Source of the DNA: Treponema sp.
GTDB lineage: Bacteria > Spirochaetota > Spirochaetia > Treponematales > Treponemataceae
Direction: 5' to 3'
DNA length: 64,000 bases
NCBI GenBank assembly: GCA_017381365.1
Contig: JAFOCI010000041.1
Span: 9,963-73,962 of the forward strand
Shown: positions 18,921 through 28,493 of the stretch, piece by piece
How positions within the stretch are numbered: position 1 is the first letter of the stretch
Layout of the letters: each line of letters begins with the position of its first letter
The notes under the pieces: generated by a model
Databases searched by the model: none
What the model was told of the DNA's origin: nothing
What the model saw: the letters and a program-made list of their open reading frames with translations, nothing else
Program-made: the position numbers and the translations under genes

Positions 18921-20172
18921 TTTTGTTTCGTTTCATAATTATTATCGAGGAAATAAAGGTTATAAGATAAAAACCTACTAAAGAAATAGAATATGAAAAA
19001 ATAGTAAAGTCAAAAGAAAGACTTAATAACCTTGAAATAACGAAAGATGAGCCTATAAGAGCAACTCTAATTAATTGTAAAAGTAAATCAATATGAAGTT
19101 TTTTATTTATAATAAAAACAGCACCTGATACAGGAGTTATAGCAAATTGAAAGATAAAGAAAGGACTCATTAATCGCGCTAGATTTGCGCAAGGAATCCA
19201 TTTTTCTCCAAAAATAAACTCAAATAAGAATGGAGCAAAGATTACACAAATAACAGCTGGGATTAAAATTATAAAAAATAAAATAAATGAAGTTTTTATA
19301 AAAAACGATAATTGCTCATTTTTCTCACATTTTGAAAAACGCTGCAAAAAAACCTGAGTAACGCTGCTTCCAATAACCGACATAGGAATAGTTACTATCT
19401 TATGAACAAATGCATATAAACCCATTTCATACGATGAATAATAACCAGTTAATACCAGAATAGGTAAATTTCCTGTTAATGAGTTTAATAATTGTCCTGG
19501 CATCATTAAAGCTGGAAACTGCCAATATTTTGAAAATATTGGTTTTATTTTTCGTTTAGTCCAGTCAACTCTTTCATTTCCGAAAAACCTATAAAACAAA
19601 ACTAAAAATAAAAATAGGGCTATAATTTGAGCTATTGTTGTTGATGTTATTAAAACTTTATTACTATAAATAAAATAACCACAAAAAAGATTTAATACTA
19701 CGGTAGCAATTGAAGTAACTATTGTTCTGGAGCTAATTGCTCTAAACTTTTTATGTCTTAAAAAATATACTCTAAAAGATTCACATAAACTAGAACAGAA
19801 AACAAAAACTATAGAAACAAAAACAAGTTTGTTTACAACAACTTGATTAAATGCCTTATTAAAACGAGCAACTCCATTGATTATTATTGGCAATATCAAA
19901 CATACAACAGAACAAAGGATTATGGAAAATCGTAAAATATGTCTTGCTTCTTCATCTTCTTTAGGCAAAAGAATAGCTTGTTCAATTTTACCAGAACAAA
20001 AAACAAGACACAAAGAGGTTACAGACACAAAGGAAGCTTGTAAAGCGAAATCTTCTGGAGTAAAAATTCTCGAGAGAAGAGGCGAAGCCAAAATAGACAA
20101 TAATTGAGCAAAGGCTGTGCCACTCATTAATGTGAGAACATTTTTTATAAAGGGATGTTTAGTTTTATTCAT
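18910..20172 (-). CDS. wzx: Wzx-type polysaccharide flippase (MOP superfamily)
   Basis: Polytopic. Start moved to the ATG at 20172 (MNKTKHPFIKNVLTLMSGTAFAQLLSILASPLLSRIFTPEDFA), which avoids overlap with the HD gene. Confidence 0.75.
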   Translation of the reverse strand: MNKTKHPFIKNVLTLMSGTAFAQLLSILASPLLSRIFTPEDFALQASFVSVTSLCLVFCSGKIEQAILLPKEDEEARHILRFSIILCSVVCLILPIIINGVARFNKAFNQVVVNKLVFVSIVFVFCSSLCESFRVYFLRHKKFRAISSRTIVTSIATVVLNLFCGYFIYSNKVLITSTTIAQIIALFLFLVLFYRFFGNERVDWTKRKIKPIFSKYWQFPALMMPGQLLNSLTGNLPILVLTGYYSSYEMGLYAFVHKIVTIPMSVIGSSVTQVFLQRFSKCEKNEQLSFFIKTSFILFFIILIPAVICVIFAPFLFEFIFGEKWIPCANLARLMSPFFIFQFAITPVSGAVFIINKKLHIDLLLQLIRVALIGSSFVISRLLSLSFDFTIFSYSISLVGFYLITFISSIIIMKRNKNEN

Positions 20173-20239
20173 TATTTCACGACAAAAAACTGTTGAAAAG
20201 AATATATTATTAATTTTTTCTAAAAAATAGTAAGAAAAA

Positions 20240-21862
20240 TTATGCTCTTGGACTAACAGCAAATGTTTCTATAAATGATTTCAACATATCCTCTGTAAAC
20301 CTCTCTTTGGAATAAAAATAAAAATAATTATCAGGTTTTTCAGATTGAGTTTTTGGCTTTAATTCCGCATACGTTGTATTTTGACTTTTGCCCATTTTAT
20401 TAAATACTATATGAATGTTGTCAGCATTGATTTTTGGAGAAAAAGATGTATCAGATGATAGAATAACAAAAGAACACTCTATTTCTTGTTTATTTGAAAA
20501 CTCTATAATTTTTGTAGCAACACCTTTTACTTTTTCAGGATTGTTTTCGTCATCTATGATTTCCTGTAGAACTTTTTTATCTAACCTAAATAGATTTTTT
20601 GTGTTAACAATATCTATTAATGGTTTGAATTCAAGAAAAATACTTTCACCTTTTCCTTTATTATCACCTATATTGAGTAAATTTCTATATTCATAATAAG
20701 ACTTCCAAACAGGTTTATATCTAGAAGATCTGTCAAAAAACTCTGCAAAAATATTTATATTTTCAAAATCCGCTTCTTCAGAGAAACGATTTATAAAATA
20801 ACTATCGTTCAGAAGACATATATTTTTATCTTCAAAATGCAAACCTTTTTTAGTAAAAATATCACTATTAAAAAATGTTTTTAACCTTTCGTCTTTATCA
20901 CAATCAGTAACGGTATCTTCTTTTGTTGTTTTTAATAATTCACGAATACACGCTTGTAACAAAGCACTATCATATTTCACAACAGGATGACTTATAATCC
21001 AATTTCCTTGTTCTGACTTTGACCTAAAAACATTTTCTATAACACTTAATGCAGATTTTCTGAAAGCCGGATACAAACCATTAGATGTCTGAGCCGCTGT
21101 AACTGACATAGCAATTCTATCTATATCAACAGAGACATTATTATAACCTGACATCATAGTATCACGTCTTTGATAGTCAAGTTTATCAACATCAGCTGTA
21201 TCAGAATTCAATAAACGAATAAAACAATTTTTTATTCCATATTCACTTTTTTCTGTATCAGATAATCCGTTATAAGAATAAGTAACCCCTGTTATCATTC
21301 TTGCAGCAAGCTCAAAATCAATTTGTTTTTGCACTTCTTGTAATAGGATTTTTTTATACCTTATTGCAAACAAAGCACTTATTTTTTCATGCGAAGCTGG
21401 AGTACATTCTGAAAAATCTGATTCAAATATCGTAGAGCTATTATAATCTTTCACAGCATTAATTAAATCTGAATCAATTTTTATTGTTCCATCTTGTTCT
21501 ACACTTAGTTTAAAAAAATCTTCTGTTGTATGAGAAAATGGAGCATGTCCTATATCGTGCATTAAAGCTGCATAACGAAAAGTTATTTTACATTGTTCCA
21601 ATATAGTCTTATAATTATCGATATCAAAATTATTTAAATCCTCTTTTATATTCTGTTCAAAGGATTCAGCAAATCTTTTTGCAAGACAATATACTCCTAA
21701 AGAATGAATAAACCTATCATGTCTTGCCCCTGGATAAAGAACTCTGAAACTATCTTGTTCAATAAATCTTAAACGTTGAAATTCTGGACTATCAATAACA
21801 GGCAGAAATGCATCTTCAATTTCAATATAACCATGTACAGAATCTTTTATTATTTTAGACAT
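20240..21862 (-). CDS. SAMHD1/EF1143-like HD-domain phosphohydrolase (putative dNTP triphosphohydrolase) with an uncharacterised C-terminal half
   Basis: 540 aa, with VHGYIEI...FQRLRFIEQ, HDRFIHSLGV, ALMHDIGHAPFSH and DKLDYQRRD. Confidence 0.7.
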   Translation of the reverse strand: MSKIIKDSVHGYIEIEDAFLPVIDSPEFQRLRFIEQDSFRVLYPGARHDRFIHSLGVYCLAKRFAESFEQNIKEDLNNFDIDNYKTILEQCKITFRYAALMHDIGHAPFSHTTEDFFKLSVEQDGTIKIDSDLINAVKDYNSSTIFESDFSECTPASHEKISALFAIRYKKILLQEVQKQIDFELAARMITGVTYSYNGLSDTEKSEYGIKNCFIRLLNSDTADVDKLDYQRRDTMMSGYNNVSVDIDRIAMSVTAAQTSNGLYPAFRKSALSVIENVFRSKSEQGNWIISHPVVKYDSALLQACIRELLKTTKEDTVTDCDKDERLKTFFNSDIFTKKGLHFEDKNICLLNDSYFINRFSEEADFENINIFAEFFDRSSRYKPVWKSYYEYRNLLNIGDNKGKGESIFLEFKPLIDIVNTKNLFRLDKKVLQEIIDDENNPEKVKGVATKIIEFSNKQEIECSFVILSSDTSFSPKINADNIHIVFNKMGKSQNTTYAELKPKTQSEKPDNYFYFYSKERFTEDMLKSFIETFAVSPRA

Positions 21863-22190
21863 TTTGCCGAATAGTTTCCTGCATTACTTTTAAGATATCA
21901 GTGGGTATACCTGCATTAAAATAGTCAAAATATTTCTCTTTATTTGAACAAATAAAATTAATATCATTATTCTTGATTGAAAAGAAAGCTGGATAACTAT
22001 CCACAACAGCATTTATATTATAAGAACAAATATTAACAATAGCATTACAATTCTTTCGTAAAGCATTGTCAACTTTTGACACAATCTTAGAAAAATCTGA
22101 CAATGGTATTTGTTTAGAGCAAATCTTTCGCTCACAGAAAGAAAACCCCATAACTCCCAAAAACTGATCAGCATAAACGCTTCTACACAT
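21855..22190 (-). CDS. Hypothetical 111-aa protein, translationally coupled to the HD gene
   Basis: 8-nt overlap with the HD gene start, AGGGGA upstream of its ATG, promoter directly upstream. No recognisable motif. Confidence 0.4.
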   Translation of the reverse strand: MCRSVYADQFLGVMGFSFCERKICSKQIPLSDFSKIVSKVDNALRKNCNAIVNICSYNINAVVDSYPAFFSIKNNDINFICSNKEKYFDYFNAGIPTDILKVMQETIRQNV

Positions 22191-22255
22191 AATTCCCCTA
22201 CAAAAATATGTTTTATTCAGTAAAATGTAATATATTGTGTTTTTTAAACACCTAT

Positions 22256-22284
22256 ATTATATTACATGATACAAATATATTCAA
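22256..22284 (-). promoter_or_regulatory. Near-consensus sigma70-type promoter TTGAAT-17-TATAAT
   Basis: -35 at 22279-22284, -10 at 22256-22261, 17-nt spacer. It lies between the wbpA-like stop (22313) and the 111-aa ORF. Confidence 0.5.
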
Positions 22285-22312
22285 ATTTTATTTTCCACTA
22301 TTTAATTGTTTA

Positions 22313-23641
22313 TTACAATCTCCACCACTTCATTCCAGAAGCTTCAAGTTCATCACGACGGTAAAGGCTCTTTACATCAATCAAAACTTTTTCGGCATCT
22401 GGTAATTCAGAACGGAAAAGGCCTCTAAGCTGCATTGTACTCATAGAACGGAATTCATTGTGTCCTACAGCAACGATTACACAATCTGCTTTTGGAAGCT
22501 TATCAAAGTCTACAAGGTCTACCCCATATTCATGCTTTGCAACAGCAGCATCAGCCCAGGAGTCTGTAACGATTGGATTAATCTCATATTCTTTAAGACG
22601 ATCAATAATATCCACAACTTTACTATTGCGAGTATCTGGACAATTCTCTTTAAATGTAATTCCAAGAATAACTACTGTTGCTTTCTTAGGAGCCATGCCA
22701 GCTTCGATCATCTGTTTAATTGCGGCATCGGCAACAAAGGCACCCATGCTGTCGTTTACTTTACGACCATTTAATATAATCTGACTGTGGTAGCCAAGTT
22801 TTTCTGCAGCATTTGTGAGATAATATGGGTCTACACCAATACAGTGACCACCAACAAGACCAGGCTTGAAACCAAGCGCATTCCACTTTGTGTTCATACC
22901 GGCAATTACTTCATCGGTATCAATGCCCATCTTATCACAAATCATTGCAACTTCATTTACAAAGGCAATGTTTATATCTCGCTGACTGTTTTCTACAACT
23001 TTTACAGCTTCGGCAGTTTTGATTGTACTTACCGGGAAAGTTCCTGCCTTTATTACAATATCATAAACCTTTTTAACTTCTGCACAAGTTTCCTCATCCA
23101 TACCAGAAACAATTTTTTTAATGCTTGTAAGAGTGTGAACTCTGTCACCTGGATTAATGCGTTCCGGAGAATATGCAATTTTCCAGTCTACTCCACATTT
23201 CAATCCAGATTCTTTTTCGATGATAGGAACACAAATATCTTCTGTTACGCCCGGGTATACAGTTGATTCAAAACAAACGATTGTACCAGGCTTGATATTC
23301 TGACCAACAGTACGACTGGCTCCTTCTACAGGACGTAAGTCTGGAGTTGTATCATCATTTACTGGGGTTGGAACTGCAACTACAATAAAGCGGGCTTCGC
23401 TTAGTTTTTTAGGATCTGCTGTAAATTCTACGGTAGTGTTTTTAATGGCATCGCCTACTTCGTTTGTAGCATCAATACCATTTTTGTATTCGTTTACACG
23501 TTTTTCATTGATATCGAATCCGATAACAGAAATGTGTTTTGCAAATTCTACTGCAATTGGCATACCTACATAGCCAAGTCCAACAAGTGCAAGTTTTGAT
23601 TTACCTGCGATAAGTTCTGAATAAATATTATTGAATTCCAT
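22313..23641 (-). CDS. wbpA: UDP-N-acetyl-D-glucosamine 6-dehydrogenase family (WbpA/TviB-like nucleotide-sugar dehydrogenase)
   Basis: 442 aa, Rossmann GLGYVGMPIA, catalytic GGHCIGVDPYYL. Adjacent to WbpD/E-like genes. Confidence 0.8.
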   Translation of the reverse strand: MEFNNIYSELIAGKSKLALVGLGYVGMPIAVEFAKHISVIGFDINEKRVNEYKNGIDATNEVGDAIKNTTVEFTADPKKLSEARFIVVAVPTPVNDDTTPDLRPVEGASRTVGQNIKPGTIVCFESTVYPGVTEDICVPIIEKESGLKCGVDWKIAYSPERINPGDRVHTLTSIKKIVSGMDEETCAEVKKVYDIVIKAGTFPVSTIKTAEAVKVVENSQRDINIAFVNEVAMICDKMGIDTDEVIAGMNTKWNALGFKPGLVGGHCIGVDPYYLTNAAEKLGYHSQIILNGRKVNDSMGAFVADAAIKQMIEAGMAPKKATVVILGITFKENCPDTRNSKVVDIIDRLKEYEINPIVTDSWADAAVAKHEYGVDLVDFDKLPKADCVIVAVGHNEFRSMSTMQLRGLFRSELPDAEKVLIDVKSLYRRDELEASGMKWWRL

Positions 23642-23664
23642 AATCTATTTGACTCCTATTGTTT

Positions 23665-24156
23665 CTATTTTAGAATATTCCCTTCTTTATCTACTTTACC
23701 ATGTACTCTAGCAGGATTTCCATAAACAAGAGAATAAGGCGGAACATCTTTTGTAACAACAGAACCAGCTCCTACTAGAGCATACTCTCCTATTGTTACT
23801 CCGCAAACTACAGTTGCATTTGCTCCAATACTACAACCTTTTTTTAGAACTGTCTTTTTATATTCAGTTTTACGTTCTACAAAAGCACGTGGATTAATCA
23901 CATTTGTAAAGACCATACTCGGTCCACAAAAAACATCATCTTCAATTTCTACTCTATCATATATAGAAACGTTATTCTGGATTTTTACACCATTTCCAAT
24001 AACAGCTTTTCCACCAACATTAACGTTTTGTCCAATAGAACAATTTGAGCCGATTTTAGCTCCGCTCATAATATGACAAAAATGCCAGATTTTGGTTCCC
24101 TCACCAATTTCAGCACCTTCATCAACGTAGCTTGATTCATGTTTAAAATATGCCAT
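23665..24156 (-). CDS. wbpD: LbH N-acetyltransferase, WbpD/WlbB-like
   Basis: 163 aa, hexapeptide repeats, FTNVINPRA motif, C-terminal [19 protein letters not shown]. Confidence 0.8.
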   Translation of the reverse strand: MAYFKHESSYVDEGAEIGEGTKIWHFCHIMSGAKIGSNCSIGQNVNVGGKAVIGNGVKIQNNVSIYDRVEIEDDVFCGPSMVFTNVINPRAFVERKTEYKKTVLKKGCSIGANATVVCGVTIGEYALVGAGSVVTKDVPPYSLVYGNPARVHGKVDKEGNILK

Positions 24157-25301
24157 TATGCCAAAGCCTCTTTGATTTTTTGTACTACAAATGAAACATC
24201 CTTAGCTTCCATATACGGATGCAAAGGAAGACTCAATACAGTTTTAGCAAGTCTTTCTGTTACAGGACAATCTGCAATTGCAGAATCTGTACCAGTATAA
24301 GCTCCCTGCAAATGCATTGGCTTAATATAATAAACCATAGAAGGAATTCCAGCTTCTTTAAGTTTTGCCTGAAGCTCTGAACGATTAACATCTAAAGGAA
24401 GCTGAATTGTGTACTGAGCCCAGCTGCTTAGATAACCATTTTTAATTTCTGGAAGAACTATTTTTCCTGCAAGACCAGCCTGCTTAAATTCTTCGTTGTA
24501 CCAGGAAGCGGCTCTGTTTATATCTTTGATTTCGTAGTCTTTAAATGCCTTGAATTTAACCTTCAAGATTGCAGCCTGAATTGTATCAAGACGGCTATTT
24601 AAACCGAGTCTTATGTTATTATATTTATCTTCTCCAGACTTTCCGTGAACAGCATAACTTCTTATAAGAGCTGCCCATTCATCATTATCTGTAAAAATAG
24701 CTCCACCATCACCATAACAACCAAGAGGTTTTGCAGGAAAGAAACTTGTTGTAGAAATATCCCCAAAAGAACAGGCTCTTTTACCGTTGATTTCTCCACC
24801 AAAGCCCTGTGCTCCATCTTCGAGAAGAAATAATCCGTATTTTTCGCAAATAGGTTTTATTGCATTGTAATCTGCAGGAAGACCAAATAAATCTACAGAA
24901 ACAACAACTTTTGGATTATACTTACCCTCTTTCTTAACTTTAAGAATTGCTTCTTCAAGTTTTACAGGATTAATATTATAAGTTCGCTCATCTACATCAA
25001 CAAAAACACAGGTAGCTCCTTCTGCAGCCGGACACTCACCACTTGAGAAAAATGTAAAGTCTGGAACAAATACTGCATCACCTTTACCAATTCCCCAAGC
25101 TTTTAATGCAAGAGTTAATGCATCTGTACCATTTGCACAGGTAATACAGTGTTTTACTCCAACATATTCTGCAAGTTCTTTTTCAAGTTCTGCAACTTCC
25201 GGACCAGAGATGTAATGTGCGCTGGCACATACACTCTGAACCTTTTCATCAATCTGAGCTTTTAATACCTGATATTGTTTTTTTAAGTCTCTGAATTCCA
25301 T
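24156..25301 (-). CDS. wbpE: DegT-family aminotransferase, WbpE-like
   Basis: 381 aa, [19 protein letters not shown]. Has a 1-nt overlap with the wbpD-like gene. Confidence 0.8.
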   Translation of the reverse strand: MEFRDLKKQYQVLKAQIDEKVQSVCASAHYISGPEVAELEKELAEYVGVKHCITCANGTDALTLALKAWGIGKGDAVFVPDFTFFSSGECPAAEGATCVFVDVDERTYNINPVKLEEAILKVKKEGKYNPKVVVSVDLFGLPADYNAIKPICEKYGLFLLEDGAQGFGGEINGKRACSFGDISTTSFFPAKPLGCYGDGGAIFTDNDEWAALIRSYAVHGKSGEDKYNNIRLGLNSRLDTIQAAILKVKFKAFKDYEIKDINRAASWYNEEFKQAGLAGKIVLPEIKNGYLSSWAQYTIQLPLDVNRSELQAKLKEAGIPSMVYYIKPMHLQGAYTGTDSAIADCPVTERLAKTVLSLPLHPYMEAKDVSFVVQKIKEALA

Positions 25302-25405
25302 ATTCTATTCCTTGATTTCTGCAAACTCGTCTGATGAGTTTGCTTTATATTTCTTCCACATAAACATTTTAATGTTTCACCAAGCACATTTTCACACTCA
25401 CATGC

Positions 25406-25471
25406 TCAGCCAATCCCTTTTGCCGGGATTCCAGCCATTAAAGCATGAGCAGGAACATTTTTGGTAACAAC
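25406..25471 (-). pseudogene. 3'-terminal relic of an LbH acetyltransferase gene
   Basis: The spacer reads VVTKNVPAHALMAGIPAKGIG-stop. This matches the C-terminus of the intact gene at 23665 ([21 protein letters not shown]). No corresponding N-terminal coding sequence is present. Confidence 0.6.
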
Positions 25472-25484
25472 TAAACAAAAATAT

Positions 25485-25949
25485 TCATATTTTTTCTTCC
25501 AATTTTTTTGATTTACAAATCAATTTATTTTTACAATTATTCAAGTTCTTTAATAAAATTTTATACGAAGTTGGATAATTATTTGGAGAAGGCATACTTG
25601 TAACAACAGCCCTACAATAATAATCATAATTATTAACTTTAAGCAATTTCTTCTTAAAAATATCTAATGTTGAATTTAACTGTATGCATGCTTTTGAAAC
25701 ATCGCACCCTTTTAATTCAACTAAAATGCATTTATCATCATCTAAGACAATTAATCCTTTATCACATTTGTTTATTTCTTCATCATCAATAATACCTTTA
25801 TCAATTTGTAATTCAAGACAAGATTTATTATTGTCATTTATTGCCCTATATTCTTTACCATTCTCTTTTAAAACGAATAAATTTTTATTAGATGGACCAT
25901 TTACAAAATTCTTAAATTCAAGAAGAGGCAAGTCATTATCTTTATTCAT
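25485..25949 (-). CDS. Small protein with a PD-(D/E)xK-like signature (candidate nuclease effector)
   Basis: 154 aa. CDKGLIVL then 14 residues to ILVELKG, followed by ACIQL. 8-nt overlap with the upstream ATPase. Confidence 0.45.
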   Translation of the reverse strand: MNKDNDLPLLEFKNFVNGPSNKNLFVLKENGKEYRAINDNNKSCLELQIDKGIIDDEEINKCDKGLIVLDDDKCILVELKGCDVSKACIQLNSTLDIFKKKLLKVNNYDYYCRAVVTSMPSPNNYPTSYKILLKNLNNCKNKLICKSKKLEEKI

Positions 25950-27183
25950 TATCTACCTCAACTAATTTATCATATAAAGAATTTATAACAGAAGAACAAT
26001 CATCTATTTCTGTAGTATCTATCAACTCATAATCTTTATTTATAATATTATGAACTATTCCATTTTGAATTCTATAGGCACTTGTATCATTTATATCTAC
26101 AAACAAATTTTTAGATATTTCTGATATTTCTTTACCTGTTCTTTTATTCACAGCACATGCATAAATATAGTTATTTAATGCACTCAGTATATAAGGACTA
26201 TGAGTTGTAATAAGCAGTTTATTTTCTTTAATAGAGTTATTGATTGAAATCAATTCTTCTAAGACATTAACCTGAGAAACTGGGAAAAGATTCTGTTCCG
26301 GTTCTTCAACAATATTAACAAAACAGGTATTCACATAATCAAATATTACTTCTTTTATCATATTGTAATCAGTTTCATTTACATGATTTATAGTACCGTA
26401 TGTAAAATCGTGTTCAAAAACATTAATCAAATGATCAGAAATAATAACATCGTCCCATTTTTTTTCTATAAGCTCTTTTATTTTTTCTATATCAAAACTA
26501 CTTAACTCTTGTATTATCTCAACAAGAGTCTTATTAACATCCTGTAGTAAGTAATTTGAAACTATAGAAATTGGAACAAGAGATTGTAACCCACTGGATG
26601 ATTCTTGAATACGCACAGAACTCTCTTCATTTTTTATTGTTGTAATTTGAGTTTCTTTATTAAACTGTAACTTGAAATCTCCTACAGGTAACTTAAAAAT
26701 ACCTGTTTCTGAAGCAGAAAGAGCATTCTTGTATTCGGTTTGCAACAATCTTAACATCAAAGGAAGTTTTTTTACATTCTCAGCTTTGTCAACAACAGTT
26801 AATAGATTTCTTTCTGACGGAATATACATAATCTTAGGTTTATTATATCTTCCACTAATAGGACTGGAGGTAAATTTATCTTTTGAATAATGGAATTCAT
26901 AAGCTCCCCCAATATAATCTATTCTCGTTGAGTCAATAAAATAATCACTGAGTTTTTGGTTTGCACAATATTGAATAAATTCTTTTCTTCCAAAATTACT
27001 TGCATTCTGTGGTGTTCTAAAAAAATCCTTTTCCAACCATGAAAGAGTAGAAAATAATTTTGCTATTGTACTTTTACCAGAACCTTGTTCTCCAATAAAA
27101 ACAGATACCTTATTAATGATTAAATACTCATCTTTGTAGATTTCTTTTATTGGACCAAAGTTCTTTATTCTTAATTTAACCAT
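25942..27183 (-). CDS. ABC/OLD-type AAA ATPase (AAA_15/21-like)
   Basis: 413 aa, N-terminal MVKLRIKNFGPIKE, Walker A GEQGSGKST, signature-like SSGLQS, Walker B NIVEEPEQNLFP, then ITTHSPY. Confidence 0.75.
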   Translation of the reverse strand: MVKLRIKNFGPIKEIYKDEYLIINKVSVFIGEQGSGKSTIAKLFSTLSWLEKDFFRTPQNASNFGRKEFIQYCANQKLSDYFIDSTRIDYIGGAYEFHYSKDKFTSSPISGRYNKPKIMYIPSERNLLTVVDKAENVKKLPLMLRLLQTEYKNALSASETGIFKLPVGDFKLQFNKETQITTIKNEESSVRIQESSSGLQSLVPISIVSNYLLQDVNKTLVEIIQELSSFDIEKIKELIEKKWDDVIISDHLINVFEHDFTYGTINHVNETDYNMIKEVIFDYVNTCFVNIVEEPEQNLFPVSQVNVLEELISINNSIKENKLLITTHSPYILSALNNYIYACAVNKRTGKEISEISKNLFVDINDTSAYRIQNGIVHNIINKDYELIDTTEIDDCSSVINSLYDKLVEVDNE

Positions 27184-27186
27184 TAC

Positions 27187-28263
27187 TTAAAAAGTTCCTT
27201 TCATATCTGTGCTTGCAAAATCTGTAAGCGGAAGTTTTACTGGAACTCCAGTTTTCATACTCTTATAAATAGAAAGAATCATTTCCAATGCGTTTCGTCC
27301 AGCAACTGCATCTACATAAGGTTTTCGGTTATTTTTTATTGCATCAATCATATCTGCATAAAGACTCGTGTGGCCGTTACCGTAAACATTACTTGTTGCT
27401 TCTTCAAGACCTTTATTTGCCTGGTCAGCTTCTGTTTCATCTGCAAAATCCCATACATCAATATTGTTTGTAGATTTTCCGCCAAGTTTTACAGTTCCAT
27501 TTTCACCAAACAGGAAAAGTGTTTCTTCAAGATTTTTAGGATAAACGTTTGTTGTACCTTCAATTGTTGCTACAGCTCCGTTTTTAAAAGTTACAACTGC
27601 CATACCAACATCTTCTGCTTCAAGATAATGATGCTGCTGCTGACGTGTAACTCCGTAAACAGTATCGACCTCATTACCCATCATCCATCTTAAAAGGTCA
27701 ATTCCATGAATACACTGATTCATAAGACATCCGCCATCTTCTGCCCAAGTACCACGCCATGGTGCCTGAGTGTAGTAATCTTTATTACGATTCCAGCGAA
27801 CATGAATTGAACCGTGAGAAAGTTTTCCAAAACGCCCATCATCAAGAGCCTTACGCATTTTCTGAACAGCAATATTAAAACGGTTCTGGTGACAGGCACT
27901 AACTTTTACACCTTTTTCTGTGCTTCGCTTAATAATTTCTTCTGCATCAGCCATGTTCATTGCCATTGGTTTCTCAATAATAACGTTAATTCCATGGTCA
28001 ATACAGTAAAGTGCAATCTCTGCATGAAGTCCACTTGATGTTGCAATTGCAACCAGTTCAAGTTCCGGATGTTCGGTAATCATCTGTTTATAATCAGCGT
28101 AGCGAGCAATAGATTTATCATCCTGCAAATTATGCTTAGCTAAAAGAGTCTGGATATTATCAAGTTCAATATCACAGGCAGCAACAAATTCAAGACCATT
28201 GTTCAAAACAGCCTTAACATGATTGGTCGCAATTCGACCACATCCAATTAGTGCGTATTTCAT
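27187..28263 (-). CDS. wbpB: Gfo/Idh/MocA oxidoreductase, WbpB-like
   Basis: 358 aa, MKYALIGCGRIA, IIEKPMA. First biosynthetic gene after the leader. Confidence 0.8.
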   Translation of the reverse strand: MKYALIGCGRIATNHVKAVLNNGLEFVAACDIELDNIQTLLAKHNLQDDKSIARYADYKQMITEHPELELVAIATSSGLHAEIALYCIDHGINVIIEKPMAMNMADAEEIIKRSTEKGVKVSACHQNRFNIAVQKMRKALDDGRFGKLSHGSIHVRWNRNKDYYTQAPWRGTWAEDGGCLMNQCIHGIDLLRWMMGNEVDTVYGVTRQQQHHYLEAEDVGMAVVTFKNGAVATIEGTTNVYPKNLEETLFLFGENGTVKLGGKSTNNIDVWDFADETEADQANKGLEEATSNVYGNGHTSLYADMIDAIKNNRKPYVDAVAGRNALEMILSIYKSMKTGVPVKLPLTDFASTDMKGTF

Positions 28264-28435
28264 TATTATATCCTATATTAGTTATTATTTTTATGTAGGG
28301 AAAAATTTTAAAGACACCTTCTCCATTGGCAACCAGTCGTTATTTCCGCCGTCACCCACAATAGATTTATTCACCACTTGACTTACGTGCTTCAACCAAA
28401 CTCCGTGTCATTCAATGGCTGCCTTTAATTTTACT

Positions 28436-28465
28436 ATAATACAATTTATTATTTATGGGTGTCAA
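28436..28465 (-). promoter_or_regulatory. Candidate sigma70 promoter TTGACA-18-TATTAT for the glycan operon
   Basis: -35 at 28460-28465, -10 at 28436-28441. It is followed by an untranslated leader of about 170 nt before the wbpB-like ATG (28263). Confidence 0.45.
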
Positions 28466-28493
28466 TAAATTCAATTCGTGAACAATCGGAATT

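Noticed and set aside
28300-28470. Invertible-promoter (Bacteroides fin-type) switch for the glycan operon
   Set aside because: Only a 6-bp GACACC/GGTGTC inverted match flanks the promoter region. There are no long inverted repeats and no nearby recombinase in the window.
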